From the NCBI GenBank assembly GCA_024635795.1, contig JAGXIH010000023.1, forward strand, positions 10,441-74,440: a stretch of 64,000 nt of DNA, written 5' to 3'. Below the pieces are notes generated by a model. It was not told where the DNA came from. It searched no databases and saw only the letters and a list, made by a program, of their open reading frames with translations. Positions 20,386 to 30,214 of this stretch are shown here, one piece after another. Position 1 is the stretch's first letter; each line of letters begins with the position of its first letter. Both the position numbers and the translations under genes were made by a program. This DNA is from Salegentibacter sp. Its GTDB lineage: Bacteria; Bacteroidota; Bacteroidia; Flavobacteriales; Flavobacteriaceae.

Positions 20386-21489
20386 ATGCAAGTTGACGTT
20401 TTAAACGCTAAAGAGCTTAAAAAAGCCGCGCCGGTCTTCGGACAGCTTTCTTTTGACAACCATGAACAGGTGGTTTTTTGTAACGACAAAGATACAGGAT
20501 TAAAAGCAATAATTGGAATTCACAATACGGTTTTGGGACCTGCACTTGGCGGTACCAGAATGTGGAACTACAGCAGCGAATGGGAAGCTCTTAATGATGT
20601 GCTTCGTTTATCGCGCGGGATGACCTTTAAGAGTGCAATCACCGGCCTTAACCTTGGTGGTGGTAAAGCTGTTATTATTGGTGATGCTAAAAAAGATAAG
20701 ACTCCTGAGTTGATGAGAAAATTCGGGGAATATGTTCATTCTTTAGGCGGAAAATATATCACTGCGGAAGACGTAGGAATGGAAACTTCAGATATGGATA
20801 CGGTAAGAGAGGTGACTCCTTACGTAAGCGGGATTTCAGAATCTAAAGGAGGTTCCGGTAACCCGTCACCAGTTACTGCTTATGGCGTTTATATGGGAAT
20901 GAAAGCCGCTGCAAAATATAAATTCGGAAGCGATAATCTGGAAGGAAAATCGGTAATGGTTCAGGGTATTGGTCACGTTGGTGAAACCCTTGTAGACTAC
21001 CTTACCAAAGAAGGTGCTAAGGTTTACATTAGTGATATCAACGAAGAGAGACTTCAGGAAGTAAAAAATAAATACGGAGCTATCATTTTTCAAGGTGCCG
21101 ATGTGTATAGTGCCGAGGTTGATATTTACGCCCCTTGTGCCCTCGGTGCAACTGTAAACGATCAAACCATAGATCGTCTTAAAGCTAAGATCATAGCGGG
21201 AGCAGCAAACAACCAGCTTGCCGATGAGCTTGTTCATGGAAAACTGCTTCAGGAAAAAGGAATCGTATATGCACCAGATTTTCTTATTAATGCCGGGGGT
21301 ATCATAAACGTTTACGCCGAGCTTGAAAAATACGGGAAAGAAGAAATTATGCGTAAAACTGAAAATATCTACAATACTACCCTGGAGATCCTTCAGACCG
21401 CCGAAAAGAATGATATGACCACTCACTTTGCCGCGCTTAAAATCGCTCAGCAAAGAATAGATGACAGAAAAAAACAGAATTTGAAGTAA
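20386..21489 (+). CDS. Glu/Leu/Phe/Val dehydrogenase (probable leucine dehydrogenase)
   Basis: GPALGGTR, GGGKAVI, TAEDVG and GAANNQL motifs. Promoter TAATTTTG at 20326-20333. Confidence 0.93.
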   Translation: MQVDVLNAKELKKAAPVFGQLSFDNHEQVVFCNDKDTGLKAIIGIHNTVLGPALGGTRMWNYSSEWEALNDVLRLSRGMTFKSAITGLNLGGGKAVIIGDAKKDKTPELMRKFGEYVHSLGGKYITAEDVGMETSDMDTVREVTPYVSGISESKGGSGNPSPVTAYGVYMGMKAAAKYKFGSDNLEGKSVMVQGIGHVGETLVDYLTKEGAKVYISDINEERLQEVKNKYGAIIFQGADVYSAEVDIYAPCALGATVNDQTIDRLKAKIIAGAANNQLADELVHGKLLQEKGIVYAPDFLINAGGIINVYAELEKYGKEEIMRKTENIYNTTLEILQTAEKNDMTTHFAALKIAQQRIDDRKKQNLK

Positions 21490-21507
21490 TCTATTTCAAA
21501 AGTTTGA

Positions 21508-21570
21508 TATTTTTGCAGGGCGAAAGACAAAATCTTTCGCCCTTTCTAATTCTAAAAAAGTTCTTTTACA
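21508..21570 (+). promoter_or_regulatory. nusB upstream region: -7 element, 11-bp hairpin, boxA-like motif
   Basis: TATTTTTG at 21508-21515, AGGGCGAAAGA/TCTTTCGCCCT at 21517-21543, and GTTCTTTTACA at 21560-21570. Confidence 0.6.
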
Positions 21571-21573
21571 GTT

Positions 21574-22518
21574 ATGTTGACAAGAAGACATATTCGGGTT
21601 AAGGTGATGCAATCGCTTTATGCCTTCAACCAAAGCCAAAACGATAACCTGGCAACAGAAGAAAAATTCCTGATTAAAAGTATGGAGGAGATGTACGACC
21701 TGTTTCTTCTTCAGCTTAGTCTTATTACAGAAATAAGACAAAATGCCGAAACTTTTTTAGAAAAATCCCAAAAAAAACATCTTGCTACCACCGAGGATAA
21801 AGACCCAAACCGTAAATTTTTAGATAACCGGGTTTTTACACTTCTTAATGATCACGAAGGCCTGCAAAAGGCCCTGGAAGATCGCAAAATCAACCACTGG
21901 AAAATGGATGATGAATATGCAGCTATTATCTGGAGTGAATTAAGGCAAAGTGATATGTATGAGACGTACATGGAAACCCGTGAGTCCAGTTTTAAAGAGG
22001 ATAAGGATTTTATAATACGGATCTTTAAAGATATTATCGCGCCAAACGAAAAGTTATACGAATATCTTGAAGATAAGAAATTAACCTGGCTGGATGATTT
22101 GCCTCTGGTGAATACTGCCATTCTTAAAATGCTTCAGAAATTAAAAGACCAACCCGGACATTCTTTTAATCTACCTAAATTGTTTAAAAGCGAAGACGAT
22201 AAAGATTTCGCTAAGGAACTTTTCAGGAAAACTTACCTGAACGATGAAATGCTCGCCGATGAAATGCTCGGGAAAACTCCCAACTGGGATAAAGACCGTA
22301 TTGCCGAAATAGATATGTTGCTTATAAAAATGGCTATTTGTGAATTTCTGAAATTCCCTTCGATTCCTGTGAAAGTAACTATTAACGAATATCTCGAACT
22401 AGCCAAGGAATACAGTACTCCAAAAAGCAGTATTTTCATCAATGGGGTTCTGGATAAACTTTCTAAGGAATACGCTGAAAACGGTAAACTAAATAAAATA
22501 GGACGCGGCCTTATGTAG
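21574..22518 (+). CDS. nusB: Transcription antitermination factor NusB (long Bacteroidota form)
   Basis: MLTRRHIRVKVMQSLYA N-terminus and IPVKVTINEYLELAKEYS...FINGVLD. Confidence 0.95.
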   Translation: MLTRRHIRVKVMQSLYAFNQSQNDNLATEEKFLIKSMEEMYDLFLLQLSLITEIRQNAETFLEKSQKKHLATTEDKDPNRKFLDNRVFTLLNDHEGLQKALEDRKINHWKMDDEYAAIIWSELRQSDMYETYMETRESSFKEDKDFIIRIFKDIIAPNEKLYEYLEDKKLTWLDDLPLVNTAILKMLQKLKDQPGHSFNLPKLFKSEDDKDFAKELFRKTYLNDEMLADEMLGKTPNWDKDRIAEIDMLLIKMAICEFLKFPSIPVKVTINEYLELAKEYSTPKSSIFINGVLDKLSKEYAENGKLNKIGRGLM

Positions 22519-22567
22519 CACCGAATTTTTTAGTAATTTTAACCTTTAATCCTAAAAAACAAGTAAA

Positions 22568-23035
22568 ATGAAAAAAGGAATTTTAATGATAGCAGCAGTA
22601 GGGGCGATGCTATTCACTTCTTGTAAAGATAACAACTCCAATGCCTCTGAAAAAGTGAAAGCAGAAAATGTTGAAACCGCAGCTGAACGCGATGCTCAGG
22701 CTACTGTTTATCCCGAAATCTCTTTTGAAGAAGAGGAACATGATTTTGGTAATGTCCCAAAAGGTGAAGCAGTAGAGCATACCTTTAAATTCACCAATAC
22801 AGGAAAAGCTCCTTTGGTAATTACCAATGCCAGCAGTTCTTGTGGATGTACCGTTCCAACCTATCCTAAAAATGAATCTATCCAGCCTGGAGAAACCAGG
22901 GAGATGGTTGTGAAATTTGACGGATCCGGAAAAGGACAGGTAACCAAAACAGTTACTTTGAACGCCAATACCGAAGCCGGTAAGGAACGTATCAGAATTA
23001 AAGCTTTTGTAGAATCTGATGAAAATGCGAGCTAA
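22568..23035 (+). CDS. DUF1573 lipoprotein
   Basis: Lipobox FTSC and FTNTGKAPLVI...SCGCT. Confidence 0.9.
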   Translation: MKKGILMIAAVGAMLFTSCKDNNSNASEKVKAENVETAAERDAQATVYPEISFEEEEHDFGNVPKGEAVEHTFKFTNTGKAPLVITNASSSCGCTVPTYPKNESIQPGETREMVVKFDGSGKGQVTKTVTLNANTEAGKERIRIKAFVESDENAS

Positions 23036-23038
23036 TAA

Positions 23039-23350
23039 ATGGATCAATTAACCCAGTTTGCCCCAATAATCTTAATGTTTGTAGTGGTGTATTTCTTTAT
23101 GATACGCCCGCAAATGAAACGCGCTAAACAGGAAAAAAGCTTTGCTGCCGAACTTAAAAAAGGTGACCGTATTGTTACCAAAAGCGGTATGCACGGTAAG
23201 ATTGTTGATTTTAGCGAAAAAAATAATTCGGTAGTTATTGAAACCGGTGCAGGAAAGATCACTTTCGATCGCTCTTCCCTTTCTATGGAAATGAGCAGAA
23301 AGCTTAACGAGCCGGCCAAACCTGAAAAACTTGAAAAGGAGAAAAAATAA
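23039..23350 (+). CDS. yajC: Preprotein translocase subunit YajC
   Basis: YFFMIRPQMKR and LKKGDRIVTKSGMHG motifs. Confidence 0.95.
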   Translation: MDQLTQFAPIILMFVVVYFFMIRPQMKRAKQEKSFAAELKKGDRIVTKSGMHGKIVDFSEKNNSVVIETGAGKITFDRSSLSMEMSRKLNEPAKPEKLEKEKK

Positions 23351-23365
23351 CTATCCTTTACCTAC

Positions 23366-23402
23366 AAAAAAAACCTCACAGGATGCTGTGAGGTTTTTTT
23401 TT
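23366..23402. terminator. Bidirectional terminator
   Basis: A-run, CCTCACAG-GATG-CTGTGAGG stem-loop, T-run. Confidence 0.8.
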
Positions 23403-23420
23403 GCTCAAAAAGCAGATAGT

Positions 23421-24662
23421 TTACAGATATCTTTTTGAAGTAAGTTCAGCAATTTTCACGATCACTTCTGCAGCTTTTTGCATACTCTCTACAGGGATAT
23501 ATTCATATTTTCCGTGGAAGTTGTGACCTCCGGCAAAAATATTAGGGCAGGGAAGGCCCATGTAGCTAAGCTGAGCACCATCGGTGCCTCCACGAATGGG
23601 TTTAATGAAAGGTTCTACATTTACCGCTTGCATGGCTTCTTCAGCGATCTCAACAATATGCATTACCGGTTCGATTTTTTCGCGCATATTGGAGTATTGA
23701 TCCTTCAGCTCTATTTCTATGCATTCACTGCCATACTGTTTGCAGATCTCCTTTTTCAGGTCCAGCATCATTCCTTTTCTGGCCTCAAAATGGTCTTTCT
23801 CATGATCGCGAATAATGTATTCCAGCTGGGTTTGCTCAACATCTCCTTTAATGCTGCTTAAATGAAAAAATCCCTGGCGGTCTTTTGTATGCTCGGGTGT
23901 TTCCAAACGCGGTAGGGAATTGATGAAATCCTGGGCGATGTACATGCTGTTTACCATCTTGTCTTTGGCATAGCCCGGATGAACGCTTTTCCCCTGGACT
24001 TTTACAATAGCCTGGGCAGCGTGGAAATTTTCAAACTCGAGTTCTCCAATCTGGCTACCGTCCATCGTATAAGCCCATTCGGCACCAAATTTTTCTACAT
24101 CAAATTTATGTGCGCCCCTACCGATCTCTTCATCTGGGGTGAAACATATTCTTATTTTTCCATGAGGAATATCGGGGTTGTCCAACAGATATTGCATTGC
24201 GGTCATTATCTCTGTGATTCCCGCTTTATCATCGGCACCCAATAAGGTGGTCCCATCGGTAGTGATTATGGTTTGACCTTTGTACTGGGCCAGGTCCTCA
24301 AAATATTCGGGGGAAAGAATAATGTTTTTTTCCTTATTTAAAACAATGTCCCCGCCATCATAATCTTCAATGATCTGCGGATTCACATTGGTGCCGCTAA
24401 AATCGGGGGAAGTATCAAAATGTGAAATAAAACCTATTACAGGTACCTGGTGAGCTACATTCGCCGGAAGCGTAGCCATAACATAGGCATTTTGGTTTAT
24501 GTCGACCTCGCTCATTCCCATTTCACGCAGTTCTTCGGCTAATTTTCGTGCGAGAACCCATTGTTTTTCGGTGCTGGGAGTAGTGGTACTGTTAGGGTCG
24601 CTTTGGGTGTCTATTTTCACATAGCTCACAAAACGATCTATGATGTGCTGTTTATTGGTCAT
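23421..24662 (-). CDS. pepT: Peptidase T
   Basis: HFDTSPD, LLGADDKAG, FTPDEEIG, IRGGTDG and HNFHG motifs. Confidence 0.96.
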   Translation of the reverse strand: MTNKQHIIDRFVSYVKIDTQSDPNSTTTPSTEKQWVLARKLAEELREMGMSEVDINQNAYVMATLPANVAHQVPVIGFISHFDTSPDFSGTNVNPQIIEDYDGGDIVLNKEKNIILSPEYFEDLAQYKGQTIITTDGTTLLGADDKAGITEIMTAMQYLLDNPDIPHGKIRICFTPDEEIGRGAHKFDVEKFGAEWAYTMDGSQIGELEFENFHAAQAIVKVQGKSVHPGYAKDKMVNSMYIAQDFINSLPRLETPEHTKDRQGFFHLSSIKGDVEQTQLEYIIRDHEKDHFEARKGMMLDLKKEICKQYGSECIEIELKDQYSNMREKIEPVMHIVEIAEEAMQAVNVEPFIKPIRGGTDGAQLSYMGLPCPNIFAGGHNFHGKYEYIPVESMQKAAEVIVKIAELTSKRYL

Positions 24663-24771
24663 TAGTTAGTAGTTTGGCCAAAAATAGCCATTCGGTAAAT
24701 CGCTTCAAAACCTTTTAAGAATAGGCTAAGTTATTTTATGATTTCCTTTATTTTTGCACAAACCAACCACC

Positions 24772-25797
24772 ATGTATAAATCACTTGTCAGGTCGCTTTT
24801 ATTCCACTTCGACCCGGAATGGGTGCATCACTTCACTTTTAAAAGTTTACAAAATTTTGGGAAAATCCCCGGGATTTCAACTTTATTAAAGAATAAATTT
24901 CAGCTGAATGATCCCCGCCTGGAACGGGAGGTCTTCGGAATAAAATTCAAAAATCCTGTGGGTCTTGCTGCCGGTTTCGATAAAGATGCTAAGCTTTACA
25001 GGGAACTTGATGACCTGGGATTTGGTTTTATTGAAATTGGAACAGTTACTCCAAGACCCCAGCCCGGAAATGAAAAGAAAAGACTTTTCAGACTAAAGGC
25101 AGATGAAGCGATTATTAACAGGATGGGTTTTAATAATGATGGGGTGGAGGCTGCGGTGAAAAGGCTTCGGTCTAATAAGAATGTGATCATCGGCGGAAAT
25201 ATCGGCAAAAACAAGATCACGCCTAATGAGAAAGCTGGTGAGGATTATAAGATCTGCTTTGAGGCTCTCTTTGATCATGTAGATTACTTTGTGGTGAATG
25301 TGAGTTCGCCAAATACTCCAAATCTAAGGGAATTGCAGGATAAAGAACCGCTCACCAATCTGCTGAATAGCTTGCAGCAATTAAATTCAGCTAAACCCAA
25401 ACAAAAGCCAATTTTGCTGAAGATTGCTCCCGATCTTACCGATGCACAACTTCTCGATATCATTGACATCGTAAAGGAAACAGGGATCGCCGGAGTGATC
25501 GCGACCAATACCACGATCTCCCGGGAAGGTTTAACTTCTGAAAACAAAAGTGAAATCGGCGGACTAAGTGGTAAACCTTTAAAAAACCGTGCAACCGAAG
25601 TAATTCGTTTTCTCTCTGAAAAAAGCAATAAAGCTTTCCCTATCATTGGTGTGGGAGGGATACATTCTGCTGAAGATGCCCTTGAAAAACTGGATGCCGG
25701 GGCAAGCCTGGTGCAGTTATATACCGGATTTATCTATGAAGGTCCGGGTTTAATAAAGAAAATTAATAAAGCGATCTTAGCCAAAAACCCCAAATAA
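24772..25797 (+). CDS. pyrD: Quinone-dependent dihydroorotate dehydrogenase
   Basis: [16 protein letters not shown] and NVSSPNT motifs. ATG 24772 follows the promoter TATTTTTG at 24749-24756. Confidence 0.96.
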   Translation: MYKSLVRSLLFHFDPEWVHHFTFKSLQNFGKIPGISTLLKNKFQLNDPRLEREVFGIKFKNPVGLAAGFDKDAKLYRELDDLGFGFIEIGTVTPRPQPGNEKKRLFRLKADEAIINRMGFNNDGVEAAVKRLRSNKNVIIGGNIGKNKITPNEKAGEDYKICFEALFDHVDYFVVNVSSPNTPNLRELQDKEPLTNLLNSLQQLNSAKPKQKPILLKIAPDLTDAQLLDIIDIVKETGIAGVIATNTTISREGLTSENKSEIGGLSGKPLKNRATEVIRFLSEKSNKAFPIIGVGGIHSAEDALEKLDAGASLVQLYTGFIYEGPGLIKKINKAILAKNPK

Positions 25798-26043
25798 ATG
25801 AGGAAATTCTATCTGAGTTTTTTATTGTTATTTTTAATAAGTCTGGAAGCCTATAGTTTTTCAGAAACTTCTGAAGTGAGACGAACAGTAATTTCCAATG
25901 GAATAGGTTTAGGTTCGGTAGTAGCTGCGGTTACTTCATGGGAACGCAACCGATCGGTTTTATTAATGATAATTCACGGAATTTTTAGCTGGTTTTATGT
26001 GATTTATTTTTTGCTGACAAGAAAGAAATCTGAAAGAAAATAA
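25798..26043 (+). CDS. Small hypothetical membrane protein
   Basis: Directly abuts the pyrD stop (TAAATG). Signal-like N-terminus and two hydrophobic segments. Confidence 0.7.
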   Translation: MRKFYLSFLLLFLISLEAYSFSETSEVRRTVISNGIGLGSVVAAVTSWERNRSVLLMIIHGIFSWFYVIYFLLTRKKSERK

Positions 26044-26045
26044 TT

Positions 26046-26660
26046 TTGCCAGAGCAAATCATCCCTTTTTTAACTGCCTCCATAATCCTGACCCTTTCCC
26101 CGGGCCCGGACATTATTTATGTGATGGTACAAGGGATGGCCAATGGTAAAAAGCACGGGATTGTAACTGCCCTGGGCCTGGCTACGGGAATAATCATTCA
26201 TACCAGCCTGGTGGCGTTTGGAGTTTCGGCGATTATCAAAAGTTCTGAAACTTTATTTTTTATAATTAAGTTGTTCGGGGCCTTGTACCTGCTATACCTG
26301 GCTTACCGGGTCTTTAAAAGCAATCCGCAAATAGCTTATTCTGCAGAAGGGATTAAGCAAAAGTCACTGTTCAGCCTGTTTAAACAGGGTTTTATAATGA
26401 ATGTTTTAAACCCCAAGGTGACGATCTTTTTCCTGGCATTCTTTCCAGGATTTCTATGGGAGCCCGTCGGGAATACGGTTTTGCAATTCTATGTTCTTGG
26501 GGGAATCTTCATGCTGCAAACGATTCTAATATTTGGTTCTGTAGCGATTCTGGCAGGAAAGATCTCAACTTACCTTAAACAACATAAACGGTCCGGATTG
26601 ATTTTAAAGTGGTTACAGATAATTGTCTTTGTGGGGATTGCTCTTTTTATCCTGTTTTAG
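26046..26660 (+). CDS. LysE/RhtB family translocator
   Basis: SPGPD, GALYLLYLA and NVLNPKVTIFFLAFFP motifs. TTG start. Confidence 0.92.
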   Translation: MPEQIIPFLTASIILTLSPGPDIIYVMVQGMANGKKHGIVTALGLATGIIIHTSLVAFGVSAIIKSSETLFFIIKLFGALYLLYLAYRVFKSNPQIAYSAEGIKQKSLFSLFKQGFIMNVLNPKVTIFFLAFFPGFLWEPVGNTVLQFYVLGGIFMLQTILIFGSVAILAGKISTYLKQHKRSGLILKWLQIIVFVGIALFILF

Positions 26661-26788
26661 ACTGAAATTATTTCTCAATTTTTTATCAAAAGATTATCTG
26701 AAATCTACTTTTTCCTCTTTCCCTTAGGTGAATTTTATTGAATGGGATATATTTTTAAATAATCCCTAAAATACTATCTTTGGAGGAT

Positions 26789-27652
26789 ATGGGAAAAATC
26801 AAGCTCATCGAATGTCCACGGGATGCCATGCAGGGTATCAAAACCTTTATTCCTACAGATAAAAAAGTGCAGTACATCCAGGCTTTGTTGCGCTGTGGAT
26901 TTGACACCATAGATTTCGGAAGTTTTGTTTCGCCTAAGGCAATCCCGCAAATGGCCGATACCGCTGAGGTTCTATCCAAACTGGATCTTTCAACCACACA
27001 AAGTAAATTATTGGCCATAGTGGCTAATACCCGGGGAGCATCAGATGCTTCTAAATTTGAAGAAATAGATTATCTGGGCTATCCCTTTTCGATTTCAGAA
27101 AATTTCCAGATGCGGAATACTCACAAAACCATCGCCGAATCGGTGGAGATTTTAAAGGAGATCCTGGAAATTGCCAACAATACGAATAAAGAAGTTGTGG
27201 CTTATCTTTCTATGGGCTTTGGAAACCCCTATGGTGATCCATGGAACCTGGAAATAGTAGGGAACTGGACTGAGAAACTTTCGGCAATGGGCGTGAAAAT
27301 TCTTTCGCTCTCTGATACAATCGGAACTTCCTCTCCCGAAAATATTGAATATTTATTTTCAAACCTTATCCCTAAATACCCTCAAATAGAATTTGGAGCT
27401 CACCTGCATACCACTCCTTCCAAATGGCACGAGAAAATTGATGCGGCTTACAAGGCCGGGTGTACCAGATTTGACGGTGCGATCCAGGGCTTCGGTGGTT
27501 GTCCAATGGCCAAGGATGAATTAACCGGCAATATGCCTTCAGAAAAAATGCTTTCTTATTTCAATTCAAAAAAAGCAGATTCCAATATTAAAATGACCAG
27601 TTTTGAATCGGCTTTTAATGAAGCTTCAAAGATATTTGGGGCTTATCATTAA
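26789..27652 (+). CDS. Hydroxymethylglutaryl-CoA lyase
   Basis: ECPRDAMQG, SFVSPKAIPQMAD, HLH and GGCPMA motifs. Confidence 0.92.
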   Translation: MGKIKLIECPRDAMQGIKTFIPTDKKVQYIQALLRCGFDTIDFGSFVSPKAIPQMADTAEVLSKLDLSTTQSKLLAIVANTRGASDASKFEEIDYLGYPFSISENFQMRNTHKTIAESVEILKEILEIANNTNKEVVAYLSMGFGNPYGDPWNLEIVGNWTEKLSAMGVKILSLSDTIGTSSPENIEYLFSNLIPKYPQIEFGAHLHTTPSKWHEKIDAAYKAGCTRFDGAIQGFGGCPMAKDELTGNMPSEKMLSYFNSKKADSNIKMTSFESAFNEASKIFGAYH

Positions 27653-27671
27653 GTAATTCTGTTTAGACAAT

Positions 27672-27704
27672 AAAAAAACCGGAAGTTCTGAAACTCCCGG
27701 CTTT
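27672..27704 (-). terminator. Terminator between convergent genes
   Basis: A-run followed by the CCGGAAGTT...AACTCCCGG imperfect stem. Confidence 0.6.
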
Positions 27705-27727
27705 ACTTTTTAAGAACTCTTGGATCT

Positions 27728-29959
27728 TTAGAACCTGGCGCTTATTCCGGCATACACCCCAAATGGATGCCCCGGTCTAAGGCCTGCAGGAACCCGGGCA
27801 ACGGCGTATTCATTATCCAAAACATTAATCATATTCCCGGTTAAACTCAGGTGCTTGTTCAGATGGTATTTTGCGGAAAAATCCAGTACGAAATTTGCAT
27901 CTATTCTTTCATTTTGAGGAATATCCCCTGAACCTGCGTGGGTTCTGAATTCACCCATATATCTACCACTTAAATAAGTTTCAAATTTCTCGTGTTCCAG
28001 GCCAAGAGAAGCGTTGAACTGGTGGTTTGGAATGTATGGCATTTCATCGCCTTCAGTAACTTCACCCCAAATATCAGCTGCGCTTTCAAAATCTGACTGA
28101 AATTCGGTATTGGTATAGGTATAACCTAAACTTACAGGAAGTTTAAATTCAACATTTGTTTTTAAGAAATCGTAATTCAGCAGTAATTCGAGTCCGTTAA
28201 CCAGTACTTCCCCTGCGTTAAACTGATCAAGAGAACCGGTTCCGCCCGAAGCAGCCAGATCGCTACCCAGTAGATTACTGTAATCATTATAAAAAACAAC
28301 TGCCTCTCCCTGTAATCCTGCAAGGTTGAATCTTGATCCAAGCTCTACGTTGATGCTTTCTTCAGGATCCTGGCCAACCGAGCTTCCGGGAGGAGAAAAG
28401 CCTTTGTGTACCCCACCAAAGATCGCCGCATCTGCATTGATCTTGTAGTTGAAACCTATTCCAGGAATAAATACATCTACCTTGTTTTCGCGGGTACTTA
28501 AATCACTTCCTGTACGGTTGATATCCTCTTTCCCGTAATCGGTGCGGCCCAGAGTGATATTCTCGTAACGAACACCGGGGGTAAAGGTCCATTTATTGAA
28601 CTTCAGTTTGTACATTACGTGGGCGGCAAATGCTTTAGCATCGCTTATTCGGTTCGCATCTGTTCCCGGTGTGCCTTCGGTAGTAAGGTCCATTTTCCCT
28701 TCGTTCATCTGGTAGCGATCTACCCATTGAAAACGATCTTCTTCATCTACGTGATATCTCAAACCAATCTCAATATCATGGAATGCATTTTCCCCTGCCC
28801 AGTGATAGTCAAACTTAGTCTGAATTCCCTGAGAGGTATATTCCCGGTTGTTATTTTTTACAGCAAGAGCATCGGCTTCTGACGTACTTCCGGTAATGAT
28901 GCTAAAAATATCAGGATAGGTTCCGGGATTATCTAAAATGGAAGCTATTCCCTGTTTCTCACCATTCGCGGTAACATCGTTGAGTTTATACCAGTTTCTG
29001 CTGAATTCATTGCGATAACCGGTTGTAGTAATCCTGAAAGAATCGTGGAAATCCAGGGTGTGAGTTGCCATAAATTGCATATGTTCAGCGTTCATCTGGT
29101 CTTTTTGAGAAGCTGCATATCTTCTGAAGGGATCATTCTCAAAGTCAGTGGCGGTAAGACCTAAATAGGTTTCGTCGGAAACTTCATCAGAATATTGAAA
29201 TTTAAGATCCAACGCCTGCTGGGTAGTCGCTTCAGGATTTGTGTTTACACGGAATTTCGCAACAAGATCGTCTTTGTTGAATCCGGTATCTCCACCATTA
29301 TCCAGGTTTTTAAATCCATCAGATTGGTTGTTCTGGTATTCCACCAGGTAGCCTATGTTCTTATATGAATTACCAACCTTGGCGTGCAGATTTGAAGTAT
29401 TGAAACTCCCGTAATTAGCATCTACGGAACCAGAGAATTCCTGAGGTATCTGGGAAGAGATAAAGTTAATAGCTCCTCCGGTTGTAAAAGGGCCGAACTG
29501 CACCTGGCTACTACCTTTAAGCACTTCTACGGCCTGCATTCTTCCCACTGACGGAAAATAATAAGCGGCCGGGGCGCTGTAGGGGGCAGGAGCGATAAGC
29601 ACTCCGTCTTCCATTAGGGTTATTTTGGAACTTCTTTCGGGAGAAGTTCCACGAAGACTAATATTGGGGCGTAAACCAAAACCGTCTTCTTCGTACATAT
29701 TAACTCCGGGTACCTCTCTTAATACCCGGTTGATATCGGTATAATTGAATTTTTTCAAATCCTGTGGCGAAAGGAAATAAGCCGAACCTGTACGGTTACG
29801 GGCTTCAAATTTGCTTCCAAAAAGGACTTTTGCTGAAATTATTACTTCCTTAAGGTCTTCAACAGGTTTAGTAGGATTCTTTAGCGTGTCGTTCTTTTCC
29901 TGTGCTTCGAGGGAACCTGTCAATATAAGGCCAAGAAAAAAAAGAGAAAACTTTTTCAT
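27728..29959 (-). CDS. FecA-like TonB-dependent iron receptor
   Basis: Signal peptide, plug motifs (EEDGFGLRPNISLRG, EVLKGSS, GGAINF) and C-terminal Phe. Confidence 0.93.
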   Translation of the reverse strand: MKKFSLFFLGLILTGSLEAQEKNDTLKNPTKPVEDLKEVIISAKVLFGSKFEARNRTGSAYFLSPQDLKKFNYTDINRVLREVPGVNMYEEDGFGLRPNISLRGTSPERSSKITLMEDGVLIAPAPYSAPAAYYFPSVGRMQAVEVLKGSSQVQFGPFTTGGAINFISSQIPQEFSGSVDANYGSFNTSNLHAKVGNSYKNIGYLVEYQNNQSDGFKNLDNGGDTGFNKDDLVAKFRVNTNPEATTQQALDLKFQYSDEVSDETYLGLTATDFENDPFRRYAASQKDQMNAEHMQFMATHTLDFHDSFRITTTGYRNEFSRNWYKLNDVTANGEKQGIASILDNPGTYPDIFSIITGSTSEADALAVKNNNREYTSQGIQTKFDYHWAGENAFHDIEIGLRYHVDEEDRFQWVDRYQMNEGKMDLTTEGTPGTDANRISDAKAFAAHVMYKLKFNKWTFTPGVRYENITLGRTDYGKEDINRTGSDLSTRENKVDVFIPGIGFNYKINADAAIFGGVHKGFSPPGSSVGQDPEESINVELGSRFNLAGLQGEAVVFYNDYSNLLGSDLAASGGTGSLDQFNAGEVLVNGLELLLNYDFLKTNVEFKLPVSLGYTYTNTEFQSDFESAADIWGEVTEGDEMPYIPNHQFNASLGLEHEKFETYLSGRYMGEFRTHAGSGDIPQNERIDANFVLDFSAKYHLNKHLSLTGNMINVLDNEYAVARVPAGLRPGHPFGVYAGISARF

Positions 29960-29961
29960 TT

Positions 29962-29982
29962 TATTTAGATTTGATTTAAATA
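29962..29982. promoter_or_regulatory. Putative iron-repressor (Fur-type) operator 1
   Basis: TATTTAGATTTGATTTAAATA, between the minus-strand -7 element (29989-29996) and the receptor start codon. Confidence 0.7.
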
Positions 29983-30022
29983 GCGTCGCAAAAGTAATAG
30001 CCGGAAATCATTTAAACAACTT

Positions 30023-30043
30023 TATTTAGACTTAATTTAAATA
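30023..30043. promoter_or_regulatory. Putative iron-repressor operator 2
   Basis: TATTTAGACTTAATTTAAATA, the same 8-5-8 palindrome. Confidence 0.7.
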
Positions 30044-30160
30044 GTAAAACGAAACTATTTTAGAATCAGTTTTTTAGCTATTAAATTTTTTGAAAAATTC
30101 TAAATAGCGTTGCTGTAGTTATGTTTACAGGCCTTTAGTCTAAAAAATCTATTGAATTTT

Positions 30161-30181
30161 TATTTAAACCCATTCTAAATA
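30161..30181. promoter_or_regulatory. Putative iron-repressor operator 3
   Basis: TATTTAAACCCATTCTAAATA, immediately before the -7 element TATATTTG (30184-30191). Confidence 0.7.
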
Positions 30182-30214
30182 GCTATATTTGGCGTGAATT
30201 AAATATCTATAAAA

